Below are positions 12,611-26,129 of a DNA stretch of 64,000 nucleotides, one piece after another. The DNA is from Eledone cirrhosa. Taxonomy: Eukaryota. Location of the stretch: positions 194,184,001 to 194,248,000 of the forward strand of contig OZ024740.1 in the NCBI GenBank assembly GCA_964016885.1, in the 5' to 3' direction. Numbering within the stretch: position 1 is the stretch's first letter; every line of letters begins with the position of its first letter. Below the pieces are notes generated by a model. The model worked only from the letters and a program-made list of their open reading frames with translations. It did not search any database and was not told the DNA's origin. The translations under genes and the position numbers were made by a program.

Positions 12611-14299
12611 TGCGCAAAGCATTACTAGCGTGGCCATGGCGAAGTCTGTATCATGATTCCTATTTAGGTTTAGCAGGTCATTTATAAATATTAAGTACAT
12701 TATTCTTTCTTGACAAACATATAATCTTGCCAATGATCTGATAAAATTGTTTCTATCTTCATGATCAAATTAATTGATTGCTTTTTTTTCATATATGGCA
12801 GAGGTAAAGATTTCACAAATGAAATTAAAGAATGCCACTAAATGATTGATTCCCCTATATGGCGTGCATACAGAAAGAACACCCATCCTGTCAGAATATC
12901 AGTACGTGCGTGGTCACCGTATAATCATGAGGTTGCTGTGGACCCTCGGAAAAAAGGCAAAATGAAAGAATAATATGATGAACCTAGTGTAGTCTGTCTT
13001 ACCATCATAGATATAAACACACTGGATAATTGTTTCTACATTTGGCACAAGGCCAGCAATTTCCCAGTGCACTACTGGTACTAAACACACTAGATAATGG
13101 CTGCAACTTAAACAAAGAAAACATGGTTTGAAATGAAAAACAGCTCCCGTAAACATATGTAACTTAATACATTTTATTGCCAAACAACATGGATTCGGAC
13201 ATCAATCGATTATTTCTATTTTAGTTGTAAAATACAATCACAATAGTTTATACTTTAACAGCTGCAATTACATAAAAAAACTTTGAATATCCAAACATTG
13301 TTTCAGCGATATCAGTTACTTTGTAGGGAACAAAAATGAAAGTAACTTTTCAACGCTGCTGTATTTGTAAATGTGCACGAATGGAATAAAGGTTTTGTTA
13401 CGGTGATAAAATATTTTCGATGGGAAGCAATATTTGGATTGCTATTGGAAGAGCATATGAGATTACTTTTCTGTTTATTTATCAATATCAAATTGGTCGA
13501 CTAGTCATAAATCTATTACATACGTATTACCAGATGAATTATCCATTGAAAGGCTCCATTATATGTGACAGGAAAGATTTATAATAGGATAAAGAAAGGA
13601 AATATCTATTCTAAACAATTTTCCCGGTGAATTAAACATTGAACTATAGCTCATCGTTAAATCAATAATAGATATAGCCATATGCTTGTGGTGTAGTAAT
13701 GATAGAGCTGTGCTTTATCGTAATAAAGCAAATATGCAACATGAAATGTATATTATTTCAAATTGGACACTGTATAAAATGATATGGCAAGTGAATGTAA
13801 TGTTGTTACCAGCACAGCATTTGAAGTAACAGTTGAAATTAGTTAGCTGTATAGACCTGTTTATAAAATTAAGGATCGTTTGAAGTAACAGAACGTAAAA
13901 TGTACAATAACATTCAATTTTAAATTATGCTCTAACAAATATATACTATAACTTCTCTCTGATATATTAATTATCCCATTAAAATGCACATTTCATATTC
14001 TGTCACTTTAGTCTATAATAGATAAGATGTAATAAGTAATGTTCATGTTTTATATTGTTAAGGAACAATACTAGTAAACAAATTTCAATAAGCACTTCTG
14101 TCAAATTAAGGAAATTATGTTACATCATTAGATGTACAAATTGTAAAACATCATTATGTATATACATGTATCTCAGAAACTAAAACACTTTATAAGTAAA
14201 TGTGATGGAATTACCGGTGAGTGTTCGAAGATGAAAGTATTTCATTCATATATTTAACCATTTGCATATTTATTCGTTTCCTTATTTATTATTCATATG

Positions 14300-14665
14300 A
14301 CTAGTGTAGCACGTGGGTTAGTGGTTAGAGGATTTGACATACTACTAGTGTAGTGCGTGGGTTAGCGGTTAGAGGATTGTATTCCCAATCGTAAAGTTAC
14401 GAGTTCGGTTCTCGGGGGGGGGGGGGGCGTTATGTCCTTGAACAAAATACCTTGTTTCACGTTGCCCTTTCCGCAAGTAGTTGCGACCGCTAGATAGTAC
14501 CAGCGTTATGTCCTTGAGCAAGATACTTTATTTCACGTCGCTCTTTCTGCAAGTAGTTGCGACCGCTAGATAGTATCAACAATGGAATCATTGTTTCCTT
14601 GGTCCTATTTGACGAGGTCCAACTCACTCGGCAAGCGACTAAAGTCTGGAATATTTACGATCGAT
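14300..14665 (+). mobile_element. SINE family B copy with internally duplicated head and core
   Basis: A-box-like 'gggttagtggttagag' occurs twice, then B-box 'gagttcggttc'; 'gcgttatgtccttga.caa.atac' occurs twice. Confidence 0.75.
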
Positions 14666-15772
14666 GTCATTCCTTTCCTATAATTACTAATGTTCGCTGT
14701 TGATCAACACTTTTTTCTAGCTTCTCCTTATTCTATTAAAGCGGAAACATTATACAAGACATTGAAAAGAACAAAAGCTTCACATTTTCGATTAACTGAT
14801 TTCAACATCTCAATGTTTGTGTAATTATGTAATTATGTCAATTTTTTGGTTTAAAGTTGTGTCATCTGAAATATTCAACATATATAACCCTGTAAAGACA
14901 CAACCTATATTTGCAAAACAATTTTGGGAAATGTAATATCTGAGAATATTTTAGAATAGCTGGCCACTACCAATTTAATATATTCTTGTGAGATCGCAGC
15001 ACACGTAGCTATAATGAATCGCTAACCATTTAAGGGGAATCATAGTACACGTCACACCTCTAGGTTATGTTAAAGGACGTTAACTTCAAATCGCGCCTGA
15101 AAGTTTTAAGGAAAGTGTAATATGCAATATATACATGAGAAACAGATAGTGGTTTTAAAGTGAGTGATAGATTACGTCTGCCTACACAGCGCTGAATCGG
15201 TTCATCGGACAAGGTGGCATGCATATTCCTTTTAATCAAATTTAACTTACAAAGCTGTTGAAGACGCAAGATAGCTTAGTAAGATGGAAACAAAAGCCGC
15301 ATACTTGCGATGCCATTTTCATTAAGTGCCTGACAATCTCAGTGATGGGCGTGTCTAGTACTATGAGGAGTTCTTCATTATCAAAGCATGTTCGAAGTGT
15401 TGGGCATGCTTTCATCAGGTGAAATTAAATTTGAAGTAAAATTCGTATAGGTGTATTGCAGTAAAAGTTGGTTTAATGTAATTAAATATTCCGTGATTTA
15501 CTTTGATATAACTGATGTACCAGATGTTACATTTCGCTGACGAAATCTAAAATTTAAACAAGTTATAATTTCGTAAATCCGCCTCCAAATAAAAGTTGTT
15601 AATAATAAAATGTAAGAAACGTGCATGTTATAAAATGTTACATAATATATTTCAAATAATTTTATAAATGTATTACATATATCTACTTACAAATTTATTA
15701 TAAATGTTTCCACCCAAGCATAAATTTGCAGCATCAATATAATATAATAAGGAAAGTAAATTACTTTATATG

Positions 15773-16625
15773 TTGTGTACATACGTCTATGACTGACGCA
15801 TCTGGACACATCTTCAGTGATGTGCCTGATGTCATCGGATGTTTCGGGTCTTTCAACATCATACACCCTTCTCCAGGTGACCCAGCTGGGGTTGATCAGA
15901 CCCCAGCTTGTGTCCAGATGGCCAGCTAACTACCATGACTCCATGTCTCTCCCCTTCTGATCCACAGCCATCATGAGGCCCTCTCTGCTGCATCGGTGGT
16001 ACTGCGGATGGTCTTCCTCGCTCTCACTCACTCGAGGCCCAAACTGCTGAAAGCTCTGGTCAGGGAACGGGCTGCGAAACCCCTACATCCAACCTCCACT
16101 GGGAGACACCTCGCTCTCCAACCAGCCCGCTGACAGTCACTAACCAGAACCGCGTACTTGGAGAGCTTTCTCTCAAAGACTTCTTCCAGGCGATCTTCCC
16201 ATGGGCCAGTCAACTCCAGCAGCACTACTTGCTTGGTGGACTCAGACACGAGGACAATGTCTGGTCGCCGCAGCGTGGTGACCGCAATGTGGCCAGCGAA
16301 CTTTAGCTGACGCTCAAGATCCACCAATAGCTGCCAGTCTCTTGCAGATGTTAGGATGCCCGCGGATGTTTTCCTGGTAGGGGTTGGCTGCTGCCCAGCT
16401 CTGACAAAGACGATGGTTTTCTTGGAGGGTCGGAACCGCATCGTCCACACAAGTCCTGCGCTGAGGGCTTCAGCGATGGTCTTAAGGACTTGGTCATGCC
16501 TACAGCGGTACCTCCTTCTCCAAGTGCAGCAGCTGAGGATGTGTTCCAGGGTTACTCGCTTGGAGCACAACGCACATGCTGGTGTCTCTGCTATGCCCCA
16601 TGTGTGCAGGTTTGATGGGCTTGCA
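15773..16625 (-). mobile_element. HERO-like RLE non-LTR retrotransposon, 5'-truncated
   Basis: ORF 16028-16570 has CCHC remnant LEHILSCC, RHDQVL, RPDIVL...LLELTGPWED...RKLSKY and PVEVGCRGF. It is GC-rich, includes a 3' UTR and is flanked by a ~47-bp direct repeat. Confidence 0.85.
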
Positions 16626-17928
16626 GCAGCAACAATATATAATAAGGAAAGTGAATTACTTTATATGAGTTTACAGAATAATAAATGTCTTCCCGATCTA
16701 AAGGATATGTTGGTTATTTATGCCTTGCGTTGACCCTTTAATAGTATCCAGTTTTTAGAAAGTGATTGTGTGAGTGTATGATAAAATCTGCGAGCATTGA
16801 ATTGACACTGCTATAGACTGTTAGCAATAGATAATATAGGTTATTAGTACAAAACCTCGGATTTCATGGAGTGCGTACGCAATTATATTGACTTCAGTAC
16901 ATGGCTTATATTTTAATTTGTCGGTACCACAAGGATGAAAGACAGAGTTGACCTCGGTAGGATTTGAATGCCAAATTCAGTATCTGGATCTAACGCTCTA
17001 ATTAATATGTTAATCCACCGCCCAGATTGATGTAACGCAGTGTCCGCTATCTGCCGCATCACTTTATCTGACGTAGAGGCTTTACGATTTTATGAGTATT
17101 TGCGCTCCAATTACCCATTTTAGCCAATTATATCTTGGCACACTGCAGCAGATTATAATATGCTCCCACCCTGGCTACTACTTTATTTTATCAATTTCAA
17201 AATACATAAAGTTGGCCTCAGTCGAATTTGAAATCGGAACGTAAAACTCGGAAAAAATATACAACGAAATATTTTATCCGACGCTTTAACGATTCCGTCA
17301 ATCTACTATCATTCGACCTTGAATATTTAACGCAACTAATTTTAATCTGTTCTATGTTTTGTTTTCTTTATTTGTATGTTTGTTCGTCTTTTTAGTGTTT
17401 CTCAACTCGTTGTATATTATCAATCTACAACGATGCGTTATTATTCAGTCATATTTCGAAAATATAATACTTTAGAAGATAAACAAACACAAAAGAGAAT
17501 TGGTATTTTCCTTCATATGAAATATGAAAACAATACAAAAATGATGATTAATATCTGATTTTCTATTTTAAAGATTAATGCGAAATATACAAAGATATGT
17601 AGTTTTTAATCGAGCGAAAAGGTTGAATTTGCAGCTTACAAGCGCGAAAACAAGATGGTTAAACATAACCACATATATAATCTGTCTCTAAAATAAGGCA
17701 TATGCAATTAGTATATTGTCATTTGAGCTAATATGAAAATATTTTAGGCTTACATCTAAAATTCAGTCTTGAATCTTTGGATATTTGCCGTGAAAAAGAT
17801 ATTTCATTCTGATTCGTTTCCAAAGCCGGGAAAATAATTGGTGCAAAATTGCAAAATAAATTCGTTAAACGTGAAAGATAATAAAAATATTTAAAAGAAA
17901 TGTTTTCTATTTTAATGTTTGTGTGTGC

Positions 17929-17970
<42 letters not shown>

Positions 17971-17979
17971 TTATGTGTG

Positions 17980-18200
17980 TGTGAAGGCGTGTGGCTGATT
18001 GGTTAGAGAACTGGATTCACAATCGTCAGTTTGTCAGTTCGATTCCCGAATTGAGCAATGCGTTATGTCCTTGAGCATGACACTTTATTTCACGTTGCTC
18101 CTTCTACCTGGAGTTGCGACCGATAGATAGTATTATCAATTGGAAAGACCAACGGAAACATTGTTTCCTCGGTCCGATTTGACGAAAGTCGATCGATAAA
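17980..18200 (+). mobile_element. tRNA-derived SINE family B
   Basis: A-box 'tggctgattgg', B-box 'agttcgattcc', core 'tgtccttgagcatgacacttt'; sits between microsatellites. Confidence 0.85.
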
Positions 18201-18974
18201 GATATATATATATATATAGTATATCTCGGAATAAGAGTTGAAATGAAAATCTAAAGAAATATGATACGTACTGTTATATATTTGATCTAGCAATCTGCTG
18301 TTTCAAACAAATTACTACTATTCTCTTCCAATTTTATAACAAAGAAATCTTGCCTGCTATATAATCCGTGTAAAATTAATTAAATTGTGTGTAAGGAGAA
18401 TATCCTCAAAAAATTATTGAACATAAATATGTTTCTAAAATATAAATTAATCACTTGTTTTACATATAAATAAACGCATGTCAATAAAATATAAAATTTT
18501 CTAAAATTTGAATTGATAAATTAGTAGTAGAATGTTCAAAAATGTTTTTTCTGATATTATTCGTATTAATTCTGCGAAATTTATGTATTCCTGATAGAAG
18601 TTGGGTACCACTATTTTGAAAAGTAACGTTTCCACAAACAAAAATATCAACCTCCTAACGAAGATCAGTTTTATTGCTTAAACAATAAAAATTATTTTTT
18701 CTTCATTTTTACATCAATTTCTATTTTCTAGAAATTAACCTTCTTTTTCTATGTGAGCCTTAAACGATTGCATATGTCTTTTATGTCATCACCAATGTCA
18801 TCACCACGTACATAACCTCATGTTTATCCATGCAATTAGATTATATGAGTTATTTCCCTTAACCCTAATGTTGATTATAATAATTTTGTACGTTTACATG
18901 ACATAACGTTACCAAATTTTGGGCATAAGCGGGTATTGAAATTTACATAAAGTATTCTGTCAACTTTAGAAAAT

Positions 18975-19435
18975 AGTATGCAAGCCGCTTCCTCCGACAT
19001 GACGCTCTCAACGACAGGAGCCTGGATGCAGCTGGCTTCCCAACACAAATAGATCCAGCATGCCATAACTGTAGAGATGGCAAGCACCCCGATGGAATTA
19101 CTCTCTTCCATTTGAAGTAGGTAAATCCTTCATCTGGGACGCCACATGCTGTGACACGTTTTCGGCCTCCAACTTTGTCTCTTCGGCCACAAATCCCGGT
19201 ACTGTGACCGGTAATGCAGAGGACAGGAAGATAAGCAAATACCGTGGCTTGTCTGGCCGCTTCCTCACCGTTGAGACCTCAGGCGTCCTTCAAACCTGTA
19301 CTGCCGAGCTCCTCCGTAAAATCGGAACGTCAGTAGCCCGTCTGGGGAGGGAGCCCGGCGTGATGGAGTGACTGTTGCAAAGAGTGTCTTTGGCCATTGT
19401 CTGCGGAAATGCCGTTGCAGTTTTGTTTGGGAGTC
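18975..19435 (+). mobile_element. Decayed CRE-like non-LTR retrotransposon, 3' end (RLE domain)
   Basis: Frames read RFLRHDALND...GKHPDGITL...WDATCCDTF...AEDRKISKY...VETSG...LQRVSLAIVCGNA. Confidence 0.75.
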
Positions 19436-20219
19436 GCATTCGAAACACCGCCCACACTAGGCATAGAGTCTATTACCCTCCCCATTCCTACTCTCTTTCT
19501 TCCGTGGCCTAATAGCTCTCGCTTTTTCTTCTTTTTCCTCATTTATAGTTCTTTCCTTTACAGCCAGATCTACCTTTCTTTACCCCCTCCCCCTCTGTGC
19601 ATTACTCAGTTTTGTTTTTATATTTTTATTTTCATATTTCCATCTTTGTATAACTTCGTTTTGTAAAATATAGTTGACATTTGTTTATGTATAATTGATT
19701 GTTGATTTGGGGTTTCAGTTTGACTGTTATTATATACTCTTGCTATAGGTTCCGAGATTGCCGGTATTGCTAAATATCACTTCGCTTGTGACTGTTAAAA
19801 CTTTATTTATGTTCTTGCACTTATCTATGTTTCTCGAAAGAGGGTGCGTGTGATTTGAGGTGTTCGTTGATACAGATGTGTAGTGAATTTTATAGTATTG
19901 TCGGAATAACAGCAATCTCAGAACAAAGAATCTATAATAGTAGTTAACCTGACACCAGAAAGCAAGAATAGACTGTTATAAGGAGCTATAAAGAACTGCA
20001 CGGTAACACCACAATATCATTGATGTCGTATTTTAAGCACTTACCGTCCAATTTATATTTTATGTAACTATTGTTGTTGGTGTTGGCTTTTCACAGGAAA
20101 ACATTTAAACAAAGTATTGTGTAAAGAGTAAGTAAAATAAATTCAGAATCTGATATAAGGAAAATCTCAGCAGAGCTGTAATTGACTTCCTGCACGAGAA
20201 CTCATCTCCCCTATCATTC

Positions 20220-20600
20220 AAGACAAGGAACTCCACCTGTATACACGTACATCAATCGTCGTGCGAACAGCGCATTATGCTTGTGATATGTGGGAAAAGA
20301 CCAGTAGAATCTATAGAATAGCAGATGTCCTCCACCGGTATTTACTTAGGACTATATTAAGACTATCTTAGCATAATAACGTTACGAAAGAATCTGTCAT
20401 GAAAACGACCTGGCTGAGTATTCTACGGGATAACGTCACCGGTAGAATACTTGGCCAAGTGATATGCTTACTCTGGAAAAGTGAGAGCTTATCCAGACCT
20501 GGCTAAATTTTTTTAGTAGGACTTGGCTATATGGGTCTAACATGGAGATAGGATCGAAACGCGACTAGCAACGTTGCTAGACATATACCTCTTGTTGTAC
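20220..20600 (+). mobile_element. Old RTE-like LINE 3' remnant
   Basis: Translation SIVVRTAHYACDMWEKT...DVLHRYLLRTILRLS*HNNVTKESV resembles the RTE post-RT region. Confidence 0.6.
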
Positions 20601-22545
20601 AACACTCCATAAGGCCAAGTAAAACTAAATAAATCAAAGAAATATATAGCTTAATGATATGATTGTTAATTGATATTATTTTGTTAATGATGTACTTATT
20701 GTCATCCTTTCTTTTGTCTAGTAGCAACGTATACTCAATTTGATATTTAAAGAATCTATGTGATATATTTTCCATTAGTTCCTCTAATAAAACAGTTATA
20801 GAACGTCCAATTAATTAAATTAATTGAAGAGGAATAACGTTTCATGACGTCATGGCTTCTAATTATGTCAGTTAGCCATCTTACATATTAATAATTTTGC
20901 CTTCAATCATGTCATCATTAAAGTCTTTAATTTGAATATAAATGTACACAACCGAGATTGAGAAATAATATATTGATTCATCGATTATCTCAGCCCCCTC
21001 AGACAGTTGCATTTCCTTATACAGTATGTTACGATTTAATCGATTTTAGCACGCCATTATATGTGCTGATTCTTGGAATATACTAAAAGTCTCAAGTCTG
21101 TCTCAAACCTGCAGTGACATCAGGCCAGGGCTTATCCCGGTTTCCGTAGCGTTAAGACTTCCGATGGACAGGATGCTAGAATATATGACTCGGTAATATT
21201 ATGGAAATTATGATTTTTAATAAAGAACATCCAATGAAAAAATCTATATATCAGATTGAAAACATTAGTTGCGACGATATAGATGTCAAGCTGTATCGAA
21301 CGCTTCTTTTCCCTTAGGCAGCATCAGATATGTGGAAAAAGTAGACAGGCATGCATGGACGACTACTGATCTTCTTCAAAATCACCTTGCTCGGGCTTGT
21401 AAATCCGTGATCAGTCATATATAAATATCTGCTTATTTCCATATGGTAAATGTGTCATGCTATTATTACAAATATCAATGATGAGTTAAGAATTAACAAT
21501 ATACTTCATACTATTCAACACAGAATATGGATGATTTGTTAGATGGACGAGTTGTCTACACATTAAATACCTAACTTCAGATTGCTTTTACTTACAAAAG
21601 ATATAGCTGCATTAAATATTAGAATTACCATTATCTTCTAAAAACATGTATCACTTAAACTTTTCGATGATAGATGATCAGTCGGTGTTAGCAATGGACA
21701 TTCAATCATCTGATTGATTGGATGTTGAACAAATAAATTAACTTGTAAGTGGTGGATTACCCCAGACACGTATGTATTTAGCATAATTCTCAGTCATAAT
21801 CTGGGTGATGCGAACTTCTTAACTAATCGCCCATACCTGCGTCTATTTCCAATAATGTTTATGTATTTATGAGCCTGTAACTTCTAACGGATTAGCAGCG
21901 GTGCCATTGTGACATATACACTTTGTAAACCTGGTAGGGCTTATCACCGCATCAGATCTGGACACAGCAGATCTCTACCAGAGAAGGAGAATGAAAGTAA
22001 GAAAGGAAGAGAGAATGAAATATAGAGGACGAATCGGTTTCAGCAATCGACTGGTATATTTATATTTTATCGACCTCGAAAGAATGAATCTCGGTAGTAT
22101 TTAAACTCTGAGAATGCACAGAGTTGAACAAATACCACAAAGCATTATGTCAGGAGTTTTAATGATTCTGCCAATTCGCTGCCTCAAATAACCATTTACT
22201 AAACTTCAATATTTTGTAAGGAGTATATATTTATATTAGAAATCAGTTGTTCTCATTAATATTGGTTTTAACATTTTTACACATTGCATGTATTCAGTGG
22301 CGGACTGGATTTTAAAATATTGGTTGCCAGGAGATGAAGGGGGCCCACCTACATATAGAATGCTACTATTTAATATTTATAATGAATAAATAATATTTTC
22401 GAGAAATACATAAGTACAAACAAAACAGTGCAATCAAATGTTTGCGGAAAAATATCTTACCTTAAAAATTATTATGTATTTTGCGAAATCCAGAGACTTT
22501 CAATGATGACCAGAAGTCGACCCTAAATATTACTAATAATTATAG

Positions 22546-22930
22546 GAAAGCCATGAACGACACCACATTTTATTAACTTTGATTTTAAAAGTAGGTTTAT
22601 AATTATAAATTTTCATTGTACTTTTGTAGATGTATCGGTGGTCTAGTTGGAGGAATCATAGACGGTGGTGATCCTGGTCTGAAATTCGATCCTGGTCGGG
22701 AGTAGGGTTGCTAGTAAACGGTTTCAGTTTTTTTTCTATTGGTTGTAAAATAGAAAAAGGTTATATGTACATCTCGACCAGGATTGAACCCAAGGCCAGG
22801 ATATCCAACGACTCTAGTACATACCACTAGGCCACAGAGACAATTACGAAAATGTTACGGAATTTAATACTTATGAACCTATTTTCAAAATATTTAAGAA
22901 CAAAGTGTTGTGGTGTCGTTCATATATTTC
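22546..22930. repeat. Diverged inverted repeat with a tRNA-like segment in each arm
   Basis: Both arms have 'atgaacgacaccaca...aaa.taggtt.ataa', then an A-box-like 'gtgg.ctagt' and a B-box-like 'ttc.atcctggtcg'. Confidence 0.6.
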
Positions 22931-23249
22931 TTAATGATATTGTTCCTGCTTAAGTTCGACTTTCAAATCCTTTGGGTGTTCCATAAACTAAATCCTCGTT
23001 TTGTTTCACACCTATCTAGACTATATTTAATATGTTGCATATATTTTTCTGTTGCACCACATTTCTCTCCCAACCACCCCGCTCTCTCTCTCTCTCTCTC
23101 TATCTCTCTCTTTCTCTCTGTTATATTTGAATTTACTATGATTTGGACTTACTTTATTCATATATATGTGCTTTTGCATGTCAGATTCAAACTTATATTG
23201 ATTGGCATTATATATATATATATTTATTTATCTGTTGTTTCTTCATAGG

Positions 23250-23435
23250 TACATTTTTAACTTATAGTCTCGTTTAATTGATTTTTTATGTGGTTGATTA
23301 TGCTGATTGGGAGGAGAAATACTGTATATATTTTATCAAATGATCTATGGACGACCTCTCTTATATATTGCTCTGATTGTTAGTTATTAAATTAATTAAT
23401 TCGTCATTGATCCACACCGTGAATGGTTGCCAAAA

Positions 23436-23474
<39 letters not shown>

Positions 23475-24068
23475 TCTGTCTGGTTTATGTATATGTAAAC
23501 CTCTATATTTATATACTCCCATAAGGTTGATTAACACTTTAGGCAGTATTCGGCTGCACTTTCTAGCAACCAGCCTACTCGCCGCCAGGCACCAATCACA
23601 AGCTTTCTGACTTGACCACTGGCCATGTGACAATTCTTAGCCATTTTGAATTCGTTTCTGGCGGGGATCATTTAAGAAAAATCTGTGTCCAATTGAGTTC
23701 GTTTCCTGATGATTTCGAAACTCGTTGATTTATCCATGATCGGATATTTCCAAAAAGCGAATGAAAATTCATGGGGTAGAAACATAATTTTGGTATGTTT
23801 ATGTACATTTTTTCTTCTAACTTTGATTTTGTACCTAATTGTGTATGGTTAACTATGTGTATAGTCAATTTCTACCGGCTATTAAAAATACTAGGTAAAT
23901 CTTCTGTGGCTGTGGATCGCGGATAGAATAGCTATCATTTATTTATCTATTGTTTTTCAAAGGCACATTTTAAACTTATAGCCTCGTTTAATTGATTTTG
24001 TTATGAGGTTGATTATGCTGATTGGGAGAAGAAATACTATATATATTTTATCAAATTATCTATGGACT
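23250..24068. repeat. ~105-bp direct repeat pair (about 23250-23352 and 23965-24068)
   Basis: 'aacttatag.ctcgtttaattgatt...ggttgattatgctgattggga...atattttatcaaat.atctatggac' occurs twice. Confidence 0.75.
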
Positions 24069-24087
24069 TACTTTCTTATATATATAT

Positions 24088-24197
24088 AATTGTGCCTACC
24101 TCTGGCACAAGACCAGCAATTATCCCAGTGTATTACTGGTACTTTATTTTATCAGTAATACACTGGACAATTGGTGGCCTTGTGCCAGAAGTACAAA

Positions 24198-24202
<5 letters not shown>
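24088..24202. repeat. Fold-back hairpin made of the SINE-A 3' end, between (TA)n tracts
   Basis: 'tctggcacaagaccagcaattatcccagtgtattactg...cagtaatacactggacaattggtggccttgtgccaga'. Confidence 0.75.
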
Positions 24203-24271
<69 letters not shown>

Positions 24272-24276
<5 letters not shown>

Positions 24277-24889
24277 ACACATTGATACCTGTGCCGCCCA
24301 AAATCATCCAAACTTCAGAATCTTTCCCCTCGACAAATTTAAAGATAATACCACCCACACCCAGCGCATCAGCAAGGAATCTCACTTATTAACAAATACG
24401 GACCCGTCTAAACACTTCTCCCTAAGACGAACCCACAACATACATACGTCAACATACATACCTACATCAGCATACATCCTACATACATCTCTATCCACAT
24501 ATAAACACAATGACATACGGAAACACGTTCTATGGTGCAACACAATTATACACAAATTTGCATACCTTTTAATGTCTATAGATATAAACGTGCCGACACA
24601 CACACATACATATACGCACACATGCATTGCACATTGATGGGCACATACATATTTGTACACAAGTATTTCAATACGGCAAGGCCTAATGGATTCCCCTTGC
24701 AGTACGTACAATCTGGACACTCACACACACCTTGGTTTTATGCCAATACTATATATCATTTCACACCTTTTATTGTTAATGTTTTCTATGTTCTATTGAG
24801 GTGAGAGAATCGTTTTTACTGAAAATATCGAAAAATGTACACCATTTTTACCAGTATCACAAAAATACTGGTCCACCCACACACACATT

Positions 24890-24923
<34 letters not shown>

Positions 24924-25098
24924 CACACATACACACGCGTACATTAACATACAAAGAGGCATATACACACACACACACACACACACACTTCTCCGTATAA
25001 GACAAGAGCTGAAAAATATCTTTTAACATGTTAAAATATCCCCCACACACGTACAGACACATTCCTACTGACCGATCCCTCTACCACGAATTACTCTG

Positions 25099-25171
<73 letters not shown>

Positions 25172-25775
25172 CACAGACACACACACACTTGTCTTAATAG
25201 GCATTTGAACTGTTGACCTGTTAGCAGGGTGCGGTCCGCACACACATCCCTGCTGACCATTATCACAACAACTAACCTCTTTACTACTACTACACACACA
25301 CACACACATATTTGTCTTAAAAGACTTATGTATCTGTGTGTTTCTAAATATATTGTTAATAACTCCCTCTGGTCGAGCAATCTTTGAGGTGTGGGGACTG
25401 CTGGAAAGCTTCCATTACTCATACTTCTCGCCCCCTTCACCACCTCTTCTACGGCCTCGATATAAATACCCCCTCCGCCTCCGTGGTATTTTCTTCGGGG
25501 TTATAAGAGGCTTAGCTCTGTTTCTCGACCGTTATATCGCGTGACTATCTCCCCCTCCGCCTTTTGGGATTCTTTCTCACGTCGTGTAGACGCGTTCTTG
25601 AGACTAGTAACATGAGGTATCCTCTTGATAAGTCAGCAGACCTCGCAAGGACTCTATATCTTTATGATGTATTGTTTTTGTTTATGCCACGAAACTACGT
25701 AGTCGAGTAATCTAGGAGCAGTTTCGGTATGATACATTTTATTACTAATTATATCTAAATGTTTCTTCTCTCTTC
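24272..25775 (+). mobile_element. Penelope-like element 3' fragment (GIY-YIG C-terminus plus long 3' region)
   Basis: SEHIDTCAAQNHPNFRIFPLDKFKDNTTHTQRISKESHLL resembles PLE GIY-YIG ends. A degenerate HHR lies near the 3' end; TA-flanked. Confidence 0.6.
25622..25707 (+). ncRNA. Degenerate minimal hammerhead
   Basis: ctc-TTGATAA...GAAAC-TACGTA-GTC-gag: palindromic stem III ACUACGUAGU and GUC triplet, but a mutated first core. Confidence 0.45.
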
Positions 25776-25781
25776 ATAATG

Positions 25782-25815
<34 letters not shown>

Positions 25816-26129
25816 TAACGACGATGAATTTGTTTTGCGAGGTTTTTGATATGAAATCATGTGTCGAAACAAATATTGTTATACTTGGAGAGGGTCATAT
25901 TGTTGTAATAATATTGCCAGAATTAATAATTGTTTCTACTTTTGGCACAAGGCCAGCAATTATCCCAGTGCATTACTGGTACTTTATTTTATCGACCCCG
26001 TAAGGATGAAAGAATTAATAATAGAACACACTCACTCTTTGGTTGGTTTTCGCTTCTGTATCTTTTATATCAGTTACTACATTCGGTCCTCAATATTTAC
26101 CATTGACTGACCAACGGTAAAAAATAAAG

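Noticed and set aside
15375-15422. Minus-strand CTGATGA followed by a 7-bp stem (aagcatg/catgctt)
   Set aside because: Followed by TGATA rather than GAAA, with no stem III or stem I; could be chance.
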